A stretch of 64,000 bases of DNA, from IMG/VR virus record IMGVR_UViG_3300025162_001855; one strand, given 5' to 3'. The notes beneath the pieces were generated by a model. It was not told the DNA's origin. It ran no database searches and saw only the letters and a program-made list of their open reading frames with translations. Both the position numbers and the translations under genes were made by a program. This DNA comes from a virus (taxonomy: Duplodnaviria; Heunggongvirae; Uroviricota; Caudoviricetes). Of the stretch, positions 55,538 through 64,000 are shown piece by piece. Each line of letters starts with the position of its first letter. Position 1 is the first letter of the stretch.

Positions 55538-55988
55538 TTGTTAACTTCTTGATATCCTCGGGAGTCAAGGTTTCCTTGAGCAATTGCAAATCACGCAATT
55601 TTGTTGTTGGATAAAGCACCCCCAACATATCAAGTACCTTATCGGCCTTGTCTTGTGTACGAGGAACCCATTCGTGATACATCACCTGACCACCACCAAT
55701 CTGACTAAACATCAACCAGAGCAACTTTGGATGCTTGGCCAGAACATAGAAGTTTTTGTTTACCGAACGATTGGTTTCCTCGATGTACCACTGTTGCCAC
55801 ATTGTATTGCTCTTGGGTGTACGGGAATTTCTGTTCAGCACACCCTCAACCAAACTAGCCCAACGGACTAGAATGTACATCGAAAACTTCTTCTTCTCTT
55901 CGGGTGTTAACCGATCGTAGAAAGTCTTGTCGCGCAGATCAACTGCACGCATCTCGTCCTTGATGTCCAGTGACGCTTTTCCTACCAA
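55497..55988 (-). CDS. putative clamp-loader small subunit (T4 gp62-like)
   Basis: FSMYILVRWAS..N..F..HPKLLW..EWV; size and replication-gene context; TTG start assumed. Confidence 0.5.
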   Translation of the reverse strand: MVGKASLDIKDEMRAVDLRDKTFYDRLTPEEKKKFSMYILVRWASLVEGVLNRNSRTPKSNTMWQQWYIEETNRSVNKNFYVLAKHPKLLWLMFSQIGGGQVMYHEWVPRTQDKADKVLDMLGVLYPTTKLRDLQLLKETLTPEDIKKLTNEYNEFKSDFNRE

Positions 55989-56482
55989 ATGTGATCTACC
56001 TTTACAATCTGTTGCGTGCGTCCAACCTCTCGGCTGAAATAAATGCACAGTGGGTTCAAGCCAGTTGTTACCGGTACTGCAAGTAATTGCCCAATCTTGA
56101 TCTTCGGAGCATACCATTTGACTTCGGGATAAATGTCCACAATGTCAATCTTCTCAAATTCCGGGCGGTATGTGCTCAGTGGATTGTTCATGAACGATTC
56201 AAAGCCACGCTCACTAATCGAAGTCAACGGAATGATCTCCAGGTCTCCAATTTCCGGATCCCCAACCATCACCTGCCAGTCAAGTGGCATCTTTACCTGA
56301 TGCTTACCAATCTGGATGACTGCTGCTGGGGCTGTGAAGCTTTCCACAAATACCAAAGGGATAAAGAAGTAATCCGGATTATCAGGATCACTGTTGTCGA
56401 GCACTGCAAAACGCAGATCATCGACCTCGGGTGGAAGCTTCATCATGTCCAAGCAGACATTATCCAACGTCAAAATTTGCAT
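55982..56482 (-). CDS. hypothetical protein
   Basis: beta-rich ORF; TTGAAG-17-TAAAAT promoter upstream. Confidence 0.7.
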   Translation of the reverse strand: MQILTLDNVCLDMMKLPPEVDDLRFAVLDNSDPDNPDYFFIPLVFVESFTAPAAVIQIGKHQVKMPLDWQVMVGDPEIGDLEIIPLTSISERGFESFMNNPLSTYRPEFEKIDIVDIYPEVKWYAPKIKIGQLLAVPVTTGLNPLCIYFSREVGRTQQIVKVDHIW

Positions 56483-56542
56483 ACGGGTTCTCTCTTACTG
56501 TATTTTATACGATCTAAACGGGGGCTTCAAATATTCACCTAA

Positions 56543-57253
56543 TTATTTTGATTTACAAAATTTTATGTGACGGACAGTCACTATCTTAATCAAACAATAC
56601 GGGCATTCATCGATTCTTTTCTGTGGGCCGGTTTTTCCTCTAGCTTGCTGTCGTTCTCGCATTTTTTGTTTCGTTTCTTCAGAGTGTGATTTGCCAGTCA
56701 TTCCGCTTTTATGACCAATCTTACTAGATGATATCTTTTCTTTGATCTCTTTAGCCAATTCTTCACCGTGCCGCTCTGCTAAACTTTTCCCCGAATACAA
56801 CTTTGATAAATTCTCTTTAAACTCATCAGATCGTTTATCAACGCCACGCTGACCTTTATTGTGAGGGATTTTCCCTTTTTGTGCATCGCTCATTTTTCGT
56901 TTCGCTTCGTCTGAATGTTTGTGTCCTGTGCGAGCCATTATTATACTGTCACGAATTTTAGCATATTCCCACGAAGTAACTCGTCGATCTTGAAGCGGTG
57001 ACATTTGAATAAACTTACCCAATGCATAGTGCATTAGCCGCTTGTCATTACCAGTAGTAAATTTTGTTAGTAGCATATGGCAAACCAAGTGTTCTCGAGC
57101 AGTCAAATAAACCAGGTTAGTTTTGTCATTTGATCCACCCATTGACTTTGGAATAATATGATGACGCTCACTACCAACAAACTTATTTCTGTTTGACGCA
57201 TTTATAACTATGTTGTGGTACCATTTATGGTACTTGTTTTCGATGATCGACAC
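56543..57253 (-). CDS. HNH homing endonuclease with NUMOD3 repeats
   Basis: ERHHIIPKSMGG.N...NLVYLTAREH..CH; HSDEAKRKMS, HSEETKQKM. Confidence 0.88.
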   Translation of the reverse strand: MSIIENKYHKWYHNIVINASNRNKFVGSERHHIIPKSMGGSNDKTNLVYLTAREHLVCHMLLTKFTTGNDKRLMHYALGKFIQMSPLQDRRVTSWEYAKIRDSIIMARTGHKHSDEAKRKMSDAQKGKIPHNKGQRGVDKRSDEFKENLSKLYSGKSLAERHGEELAKEIKEKISSSKIGHKSGMTGKSHSEETKQKMRERQQARGKTGPQKRIDECPYCLIKIVTVRHIKFCKSK

Positions 57254-58697
57254 TTACCTTCTCCACAGTATAGTTATATTTAGCTTCCTTGTAGAATTCC
57301 TTCCTTTTTGTTAGATGCCGCTTGCTGTACTTGCAGGACGAAGTAATATCCCAAATCTCCACACTATCCTTATCCTGTGCTTTCCTCAAACCACGCCCAA
57401 TACTTTGAATTGTTCGAATAAAGCTCTTGCCGGGTTCAATAAGAACTAGATTAAAGATACGCGGAATGTTGATACCAACTGACGCCACGCCATATGTTGC
57501 CACAATAACCTTATTTGTTGCTGTAGCAACATCACCATATTCATCGGCGCGTTTAGTGCTCTTAACGCCGCCGTTAATAAACACTGCGTCCGGAATACGT
57601 GCAATAAGTTCTTCTCCGGCGTCAATGCGATCCACTAAAACCAACGTATTTCCATTGGCCGAAATGTTAGTGATTAGCTTGCCAATATAATCCAACCTGT
57701 TTGCGTCGGAGAGCAAGTATTTGAGTTCGGCTTGGTAGTTGGGGAAGGTACGTTGGTCCTGCATCTGTACAATATTAACATTGCAATTGGCCAGCACACC
57801 TTGCTCCTGTAGATCCGATGCCTTGATCTTATTCACCACCGGACCAATACTAACTTGCATCCCGCGCCAATCCGACTCCTCCTTTGGAATCGTACCGGTC
57901 AAACCCCAACGAATTGGCACTTGCGCAAACGGCCCAGTGAGCATGGCTTTTAGAATTTCTGCCTTACCACCGTGGGCTTCGTCAACAACAAGGGCGTTTA
58001 CTCCCTCGACAAATGTATCCCATTCAATTGGTGCTGTTCCATCCTTTGATCGCTTGCCAAGGCTGTTTAGACTCTGCCATGTGCAAATTGTGTGCGTCTT
58101 AGTGTAGTCTTTTTGTGATCCAAAGAACACCCCAACGTCAAGCCCAATGAGATCGTAGTCCTTGAATGTTTGGGTCACAAGATCTCTGTTTGGAACGATT
58201 GTAATTGTGCGGCCGTACTTCTCGGCGCGTAGGCACAGCATTGCAGTTATTAGTGTCTTGCCGGCGCCGGTGCTGATCTCTTGAAGACAATGTGGTTCCG
58301 AAAGGAATGCGTTGAGTGCAGTGACTTGGTAATCACGGAATTCAATTGGTTCACCTTCGTTAACGTGTCCCTTGGGCCACACAAGGTGCGACAATGATTG
58401 CTCATTTACTTCTTCAAATTCAAACTGCCATGGATGGCGCTGATCGACAACTTCAATGTCGTAGTTTGCTGCATCGAGCATTGGAATGATCTCGTCAAGC
58501 AACTTGACATAGGTCCCACCACCCATGGTGACAAACTTTACAGTGCCGTCCCAACGTCCGAGTTTGTAAGCTGGCGTGTGGCGGGCGTAAGGCAAGAGAT
58601 AGGTAAACTTGCTCATGATTTTGCGTCGCATCATCACGTCTAAGTTTTCCAATTTACAGTTGACTTCGTCTTTGATTACTATTTTGATTGTAGGCAT
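57225..58697 (-). CDS. uvsW: SF2 helicase, UvsW-like
   Basis: FRDYQ, STGAGKT, VVDEAH, GLTGT, IQSIGRGLR; ATG 6 nt after TTGACA-18-TATAAT. Confidence 0.9.
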   Translation of the reverse strand: MPTIKIVIKDEVNCKLENLDVMMRRKIMSKFTYLLPYARHTPAYKLGRWDGTVKFVTMGGGTYVKLLDEIIPMLDAANYDIEVVDQRHPWQFEFEEVNEQSLSHLVWPKGHVNEGEPIEFRDYQVTALNAFLSEPHCLQEISTGAGKTLITAMLCLRAEKYGRTITIVPNRDLVTQTFKDYDLIGLDVGVFFGSQKDYTKTHTICTWQSLNSLGKRSKDGTAPIEWDTFVEGVNALVVDEAHGGKAEILKAMLTGPFAQVPIRWGLTGTIPKEESDWRGMQVSIGPVVNKIKASDLQEQGVLANCNVNIVQMQDQRTFPNYQAELKYLLSDANRLDYIGKLITNISANGNTLVLVDRIDAGEELIARIPDAVFINGGVKSTKRADEYGDVATATNKVIVATYGVASVGINIPRIFNLVLIEPGKSFIRTIQSIGRGLRKAQDKDSVEIWDITSSCKYSKRHLTKRKEFYKEAKYNYTVEKVSVDHRKQVP

Positions 58698-58734
58698 TTA
58701 GTTATTATATATGACTCGCTGGTATTATGTCAAG

Positions 58735-58944
58735 TTAAAAATCGTTTTGTTTTTCCTTCCGTTCGCTGTACAAACCACAACCGGCACAAGCACGGGCCTG
58801 AACGATGTGTTTGTATCCGGCAATTGATTTAATTTCGGGTATGGACCATTTGGTCCAACTGTGCATCCCGAACCGACACCAAAACCTCGACACCAAAAGT
58901 GGCTGCTCGGCTAGTGTCCGAAATACGTTATGGTCTTCATTCAC
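58735..58944 (-). CDS. small Cys/His protein
   Basis: CRFGMHSW..CAGC. Confidence 0.6.
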   Translation of the reverse strand: MNEDHNVFRTLAEQPLLVSRFWCRFGMHSWTKWSIPEIKSIAGYKHIVQARACAGCGLYSERKEKQNDF

Positions 58945-59309
58945 TTATGACCATCCTTCAGTGCATTGAAGTATTTCTGCTGGTCCTTAAGGAATGCAGC
59001 AAACGCCACACGAACAATAATACTAACAATGTGGAGCCCCATGAGAACGAAATAGGACAACAATACGGCACCCATTGTGGGTAAAAAGCTCTTTGAGTCA
59101 AGGAATGTCCCGCAAACAAATGCAGCCAGAATCATACCGAAGAAAAAGGTTAGCAACCAAAATATAACGAATATCGGAAGGGTGTCGGCTGCGTCATCGG
59201 TTACCATGCCCCGGTCCTTTGCTACAATAAATAGAATGAACTTCTTAATGAGCAGCCAGACCTGATACGGGCACCAACGCACAAAGTTCCACAATAGTCG
59301 CAACGTCAT
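58941..59309 (-). CDS. membrane protein
   Basis: two to three TM segments. Confidence 0.65.
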   Translation of the reverse strand: MTLRLLWNFVRWCPYQVWLLIKKFILFIVAKDRGMVTDDAADTLPIFVIFWLLTFFFGMILAAFVCGTFLDSKSFLPTMGAVLLSYFVLMGLHIVSIIVRVAFAAFLKDQQKYFNALKDGHK

Positions 59310-59310
59310 A

Positions 59311-59616
59311 TCAGCACCCCTTCATAATTGCCCACACTGCTGTGGTTTCGAGATCTTGTTCGAACTCCGGATAGATCTCGTCGAGATGATTCTTGTTCGC
59401 CGGGATATAACCCTTGTCGCGCTTCTTATCAATGATGCGCTTCATTTCCCAGCGTGTACCATTGAACACCTTCGACTGGAGTGTCTTGCCCCTACGACCC
59501 CAAACAGTGGCGTAGGTGATATGGGCTCCATACCGTTCTTCATCCTTGAGTAGCAGTGCGCACCAAACCTTGTCCGATGTGCCTTCCTTATACGTACCAA
59601 TGAATTCGTACTTCAC
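59311..59616 (-). CDS. WGR-domain protein
   Basis: SDKVW...VWGRRG..LQ. Confidence 0.65.
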   Translation of the reverse strand: MKYEFIGTYKEGTSDKVWCALLLKDEERYGAHITYATVWGRRGKTLQSKVFNGTRWEMKRIIDKKRDKGYIPANKNHLDEIYPEFEQDLETTAVWAIMKGC

Positions 59617-59618
59617 TT

Positions 59619-60008
59619 TCAGAACCTCTTAATGATGAGTGAATTATCGTCTCGCACAGTCCAACCGACCTTCTTCCAGAATTCCGGGGTCTGCGTATTT
59701 GCTTCAATCCTGTTCATGCCCATAGTATGCACTCGAAGGTAGATTTGGTCAAGTAGCAATCGGCTGATGCCCGTACCCCTATATTGCGGTGCAACAATAA
59801 CATCCTCCAAAAACGCACGGGCAACACGGTCCGTAATAATACGGGCAAATGCCACGGGTTTGTTACCATCCTTGCCCATAACAGCAATGTCGGTATTCAC
59901 CAAAAGAAGGCTCACTTGGTCGTATGTGCGGTTGGCTGTCCAGCCCGCATAACTGAAAATCTCCATCACCTCGTTGACTGTGAAGTCGGTATCGGTGAAC
60001 GTAATCAC
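59619..60008 (-). CDS. GNAT acetyltransferase
   Basis: LEDVIVAPQYRGTGIS, FWKKVGW. Confidence 0.85.
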   Translation of the reverse strand: MITFTDTDFTVNEVMEIFSYAGWTANRTYDQVSLLLVNTDIAVMGKDGNKPVAFARIITDRVARAFLEDVIVAPQYRGTGISRLLLDQIYLRVHTMGMNRIEANTQTPEFWKKVGWTVRDDNSLIIKRF

Positions 60009-60535
60009 TTGACACCAAACTTGCTTTTGATTGCAGCCGAAAGGACGAGTGCCGTTTGGCTGGTGTTATCAGGCATGCCATACGCATCACATACTGCGAC
60101 ACATTCGTTGACGATTAGTTCGGCGAAGTTTTTAATAAACTCGTTTGGAACGTACAGACGGTTAATGTCGTCGTCGGGATCGGGTCCATTGAATGTCTTG
60201 TGCAGTGCATCCATCATAAGGTTATGAACCAGCGGATTCATCGGAACATCTGGATCCTTGCCATTCCAGCCCCGAATCTGCTTTAGCTCAACGACGTCAA
60301 AGTCGTCTTTGAATTTGGCCATGTCGTCATCTGTCTTGAACAGAATGCTGGTCCAATCTCCATATTTGCCTTGGCGCAGAGTAGCGTTGTATCTCTCCTT
60401 GGCCCATGCTTTAAGTCCATTTGTTCCAACCCACTGTTCTGCTCGGGCAGCGGCACGTAACTTGTCCACCAATGAATCATTGGTGGCGCCACTTGGTCCG
60501 GTACGCTTAAATATGATTGACTTTGCCATTACCAT
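60005..60535 (-). CDS. two-domain hypothetical protein (C-terminal FAELIxxEC module)
   Basis: NFAELIVNECVAVC..KSKFGVK. Confidence 0.65.
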   Translation of the reverse strand: MVMAKSIIFKRTGPSGATNDSLVDKLRAAARAEQWVGTNGLKAWAKERYNATLRQGKYGDWTSILFKTDDDMAKFKDDFDVVELKQIRGWNGKDPDVPMNPLVHNLMMDALHKTFNGPDPDDDINRLYVPNEFIKNFAELIVNECVAVCDAYGMPDNTSQTALVLSAAIKSKFGVK

Positions 60536-60747
60536 TCTCCATCGGGGATTTCTTTAGTGCCACAATATAATGCGGCCTGGACTCCAATTTGTACACAAGT
60601 CTTAACAATAGCCTCGGGCCAATTGCAGTACCCCGAACGCAAACAATCGCGCTTACCTGTTTCCAAATCCTCACGATAAACGGTAATGTAAGGAACCAGG
60701 TCGTCATCATGAAACTCTTGATGGACATGTATCTTGTACTGGCTCAT
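60529..60747 (-). CDS. hypothetical protein
   Basis: coupled ORF. Confidence 0.6.
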   Translation of the reverse strand: MSQYKIHVHQEFHDDDLVPYITVYREDLETGKRDCLRSGYCNWPEAIVKTCVQIGVQAALYCGTKEIPDGEW

Positions 60748-60932
60748 CGCGGATCCATCCCACCATTGCCCCGACTGTCGGGGTGGAGGATTCGCTTAAC
60801 CAAATCCTGTTCCACCAGGCGGGCAAACTGCTCCAGTTGATCCAACCAAGCTTCGGCAAATTCCTTCCCGTCATTGCCCGAGATGAAATCGATGCCCGCC
60901 TGTTCGGCTAGTATTCTAATTCGTTCTTCCAT
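60744..60932 (-). CDS. small protein, ERIRxLAxxA family
   Basis: MEERIRILAEQAG..EQFARLV. Confidence 0.65.
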   Translation of the reverse strand: MEERIRILAEQAGIDFISGNDGKEFAEAWLDQLEQFARLVEQDLVKRILHPDSRGNGGMDPR

Positions 60933-61147
60933 TTCGTAAACTCCTGTACTCGTTCGCTATGCGGCACTCCACCTTTCACTTTACGCCCAGTTGGTGTCTC
61001 GCAATAATAGCCTGGATCGCTGTTGCACAATGGGCACTTGACCTGCCGATTTGTATCGCTAAATATCCACCCGGTAAGTGGGCCGCCGACAATGTGTCTT
61101 GATGTTGGATCGTCGATGGTCCAACCAATGTATTCGTGCTTGTTCAC
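60908..61147 (-). CDS. zinc-finger protein
   Basis: CPLC..PGYYC...PHSERV. Confidence 0.6.
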   Translation of the reverse strand: MNKHEYIGWTIDDPTSRHIVGGPLTGWIFSDTNRQVKCPLCNSDPGYYCETPTGRKVKGGVPHSERVQEFTKWKNELEY

Positions 61148-61539
61148 TTTAGTGGCTTCCATTCTCCAAGCAACTTGTCGAACACCGCAACCGGGCGGCC
61201 ACAGTCGATGAAAACAGGCGCCGGGCGATCCCGTGGCTTGCCCGGGGGATCACCATTGTAAATGTCCTCGATGCCGGGCAATGCAAACAGCTCATCCCAG
61301 TCATCGAGACCATGCACCAGGTTTTCTGCAACCTGCAGGGCACGACCACCATGCTTCTTCACCTTAGCAATCTCAATGATGGTTGCTGCTGCGTCCACTG
61401 CCGGCATAGCTCTAAGTTCGTTGACAAACGGCGTAATAGACATCACTTCATGTGGGCCTTTGTCATCAAACGAGTAGGTACCGAACAGCTTCAGAGCTTC
61501 GCCCAGTTCCTTGATAACACGTTCTTGAATTGTTGCCAT
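61144..61539 (-). CDS. hypothetical protein
   Basis: AAGGAG RBS. Confidence 0.7.
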   Translation of the reverse strand: MATIQERVIKELGEALKLFGTYSFDDKGPHEVMSITPFVNELRAMPAVDAAATIIEIAKVKKHGGRALQVAENLVHGLDDWDELFALPGIEDIYNGDPPGKPRDRPAPVFIDCGRPVAVFDKLLGEWKPLK

Positions 61540-61550
61540 ACGTTACTCCT

Positions 61551-61775
61551 TTACTTGATATCGAAATGCTTCTTGACTTGCTGCATGGCGAGGTCCACAC
61601 TCCAACTCGCCACACCTGTGAGTTTAGCGGCGTGCTCATTTGCAACCCGTTCACATTCCTGAATGATCAGTTCGGCAAACCGTTCTTCCCAGCCGCGCAT
61701 AACGGTGGTATTATCGGCTGTTGCACCACAGGCCAAATCTGCCCGTGCTGCTAGTTCTCTAATTCGTTCGTTCAC
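61551..61775 (-). CDS. small protein, ERIRxLAxxA family
   Basis: (M)NERIRELAARA..RFAELIIQEC..KKHFDIK; GGAGG RBS. Confidence 0.65.
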   Translation of the reverse strand: MNERIRELAARADLACGATADNTTVMRGWEERFAELIIQECERVANEHAAKLTGVASWSVDLAMQQVKKHFDIK

Positions 61776-62021
61776 TTTGCCTTCCTCCAATTCCAGTTTG
61801 AGGTCTTGATTGACCTGTAATACTGTCCGTAAGCCTTCCACAAAAATAGGCTCTTGTTCACTTCGCCCTATCTCCGAGCGAGCCCACCGTCCAATAGACC
61901 AGTCGGAAACCAAACACATAAATGGTCCGGTAGTAAATGTCCCGAGACGTCGTCAATGTGAACACTGTCTTGAACTGGAGCACAATGGACAACGGGGTCA
62001 AACAGTAGCGGTAGTTGAACA

Positions 62022-62291
62022 TTACTTGGTCATTCCTTTTGCAATGAGCACCTTTAGGATCCGTCGATGCAGTCTCGCATGATAACTACAGAAGCGATCA
62101 TAGCGGGTGGGAAGAGCGCGCCATGATTCGTCAACCGTCTTGCTCCACCATTCATTGGCACTCATCAAAGCATAAGCACCAGCAACCGACCGGGCCCTCA
62201 TAAGTATCCTGCTGGAGTATTTGGGGCCGAGTACCTTAGCAGCAACCCTCGGGCCGCCAGTGTAATATTCGATTTGAATAAGTTTGCCCAC
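62022..62291 (-). CDS. basic hypothetical protein, duplicate A
   Basis: MGK..IEYYT.G..VAAKV...KVL.A.GMTK. Confidence 0.7.
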   Translation of the reverse strand: MGKLIQIEYYTGGPRVAAKVLGPKYSSRILMRARSVAGAYALMSANEWWSKTVDESWRALPTRYDRFCSYHARLHRRILKVLIAKGMTK

Positions 62292-62302
62292 GTCGCTTCT
62301 CC

Positions 62303-62605
62303 TTACTTCGTCATGCCGCGGGCGGCAAGTACCTTCTTCATGCGACGTGCGAAGCGTGCTTCATGTTCGTGAAGCGAAACCTTCACCGTCCGATAATGGT
62401 ACTTGCGGTTGCCCTGTGCATCACGCCGGTTGCTGGCGATCATCCACGCTGCATCAACCACCGCCTGCTTCTTTACAAAGATTCGACTCGGGGGATACAT
62501 GTACGACGTACCGGTATACCAAGTCACCAATGGGTCAGTCTTGAACACCTTGGCAGCAACGGTGCTGCCATCGGTGTAATATTCAATTCGTACGTTCTTG
62601 CCCAC
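62303..62605 (-). CDS. basic hypothetical protein, duplicate B
   Basis: same motifs and near-identical RBS region. Confidence 0.7.
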   Translation of the reverse strand: MGKNVRIEYYTDGSTVAAKVFKTDPLVTWYTGTSYMYPPSRIFVKKQAVVDAAWMIASNRRDAQGNRKYHYRTVKVSLHEHEARFARRMKKVLAARGMTK

Positions 62606-62616
62606 GTCGTTTCTCC

Positions 62617-63672
62617 TTAGCCCTTCATGCAGGTAACAGCCGCGATCTGCTTCCAGCGCAGCGGGCTCACCTTCATCAGGTCCGCCAGCTTCAGCGCCAT
62701 GCGCAGCGAAACCTCGCGCATCTTGTCGGCGTTGTCGGTAACGAACTGCACAATCTCGTTCTTCTGCGCATCGTTGAAGTCATACTTGGTGGGGTCAAAC
62801 AGCCCACCGGCCTCGGCAATCTGCCGGATCCGGAGCAGCTTCTCCCGCGTCGTGTGAATCGTCAGGTCCAGGTAGTGGCAACGCGACATAAGCGCGTCCA
62901 GGTGGTCCTTAAGACGCTTGGAGCGCACGTTATCAAACTTGATGTTCGTAATAAAGATCACACTGCCCTTGAAGTCGAAGCTCGTCGGAATGTCCTCGCG
63001 GCGCAGCAACGAGCTGTCCGCGTTCCAGTGAATGCGGCGCCGACTGCTAGTGTCGAGTGCAGCCTTGAGAATGTTCAGGCTCAGGTCATCGAGCAACACA
63101 GTGTCGCAGTCGTCAAACACGAGAACGTCGTTCTCGCTCGAAAACTGGAAGAGCTTGTGGTACAGACCAATCGGGGTCATTGCACCCTTCACCACTTCAT
63201 GCTTCACGATGCGCTTGATCTTGTCAAACATCGAAGCCTGCTCCAGCGTCGTCTCAACGCCGTAGCTCTTGCCAACGCCCGGGGCGCCGCTAACGATCAT
63301 GCCGCGGATCGCACCATCCTTGGCCGCAAGCGTCATCTCGTTTAGAATCTCGAAGCGCTCACCCACGCGGCGCATAACTTCCTCGTCGGTCTCGTTAGTG
63401 TCCGACGGCGTCTCGTATGCATCGTTAATCGTCTCGGGCAGCGTATCAAGCACCGGAATGTCGCGGACACTAGCCGGGACATCACTGCTCGCAACGGACT
63501 CGATGTGCCGGATACTCGGCACCTTGACACGGATGGGGTTACCATCGGTGCCGGCAACTGTAACAAAGCCACCCTTGCGGCCGACCTTGAAGTCCCGAAT
63601 CAAACGGAACACTTCATTGTGGACTCGCGTACCACGATGACTGCCGTTCGTAATGCGGACAAAATTGCTCAT
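62617..63672 (-). CDS. AAA+ ATPase with N-terminal SH3-like region
   Basis: SGAPGVGKS Walker A, VLVFDDCD Walker B, IFITN, ALMSR. Confidence 0.85.
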   Translation of the reverse strand: MSNFVRITNGSHRGTRVHNEVFRLIRDFKVGRKGGFVTVAGTDGNPIRVKVPSIRHIESVASSDVPASVRDIPVLDTLPETINDAYETPSDTNETDEEVMRRVGERFEILNEMTLAAKDGAIRGMIVSGAPGVGKSYGVETTLEQASMFDKIKRIVKHEVVKGAMTPIGLYHKLFQFSSENDVLVFDDCDTVLLDDLSLNILKAALDTSSRRRIHWNADSSLLRREDIPTSFDFKGSVIFITNIKFDNVRSKRLKDHLDALMSRCHYLDLTIHTTREKLLRIRQIAEAGGLFDPTKYDFNDAQKNEIVQFVTDNADKMREVSLRMALKLADLMKVSPLRWKQIAAVTCMKG

Positions 63673-63707
63673 CTGTTTCAACTCCTAACCGTTTACCCTA
63701 TGTTCGT

Positions 63708-63736
63708 ATGATAAGGCATTTTGGATCCAAATGCAA
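63708..63736 (-). promoter_or_regulatory. sigma70-like promoter TTGCAT-17-TATCAT for the AAA gene
   Basis: motif read directly; spacer contains the palindrome TTGGATCCAA. Confidence 0.6.
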
Positions 63737-64000
63737 CAACTAAATCATCAACGATTTCAACGACTTACAAAGCCGCTAAGTTGTTGATTCTATTGGTTAT
63801 TTGCAGTTCTTGCAGGATTGTGAGCCTGCAATCCATATCCGAAACTTGTCCGGGAGGATTTGATTGGTCTTTTTGGCTGCATACACCCTCCACCGAAATG
63901 GTAGGAAGGTCTTCAAGATCCAAAGCGAGCAATACGCAACCAATCCATAAATGAAAATTTGTTCAATCATCGTCGTCTGTGAATCTTGATTTTTCGCCAC

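Noticed and set aside
55982-56482. Split-intein or Hint fragment associated with UvsW and the intervening HNH gene
   Set aside because: UvsW is complete and ends without an intein N-junction, and this ORF lacks Cys1 and the terminal HN.
14398-63736. TTGGATCCAA/GGGTACCC palindromes near three sigma70 promoters as a MotA-box-like activator site
   Set aside because: Positions relative to -35/-10 differ and there are too few instances.
1-64000. CRISPR array or canonical tRNA genes
   Set aside because: No regularly spaced direct repeats seen. The only CCA-ended tRNA-like arm (9027-9058) belongs to the tmRNA. GTTCGAG at about 6129 lacks a T-stem and cloverleaf.
1-64000. Alternative genetic code (stop-codon reassignment)
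   Set aside because: Conserved genes are full length in the standard code, and TAG, TGA and TAA all end well-defined genes. The nrdJ breaks are explained by split inteins.

Overview
This window is part of a large dsDNA tailed-phage (jumbo/huge phage-like, distantly T4-related) genome. It is densely coding, mostly on the minus strand, uses the standard genetic code, and shows no CRISPR array or canonical tRNA. From left to right: (i) small hypothetical genes, dCMP deaminase, a SleB-type wall hydrolase and a nucleotide-sugar/glycosyltransferase cluster; (ii) a circularly permuted two-piece tmRNA gene (tag ANDSAYALAA), missed by the ORF track, flanked by a Pth2-like gene, a GIY-YIG endonuclease and an unidentified 79-nt structured element; (iii) a proteostasis/translation block (ClpS, Hsp20 with a ROSE-like thermometer, bS21, ClpX); (iv) virion and lysis genes (spanins, GH19 endolysin); (v) a class II ribonucleotide reductase broken into three genes by two split inteins, plus QueD; (vi) a cluster of probable capsid-packaged proteins sharing an N-terminal M-[KR]-x-x-[ED]-[LIVF] motif and carrying enzyme domains; (vii) replication genes (gp41-like helicase, primase, a 189-aa mini-DnaE, gp62-like subunit, UvsW); (viii) small early-type genes and an AAA+ ATPase. 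T4-late-like TAAATA and sigma70-like promoters recur, many placed so that the mRNA would be leaderless. All calls come from reading motifs by eye; no database searches were run.
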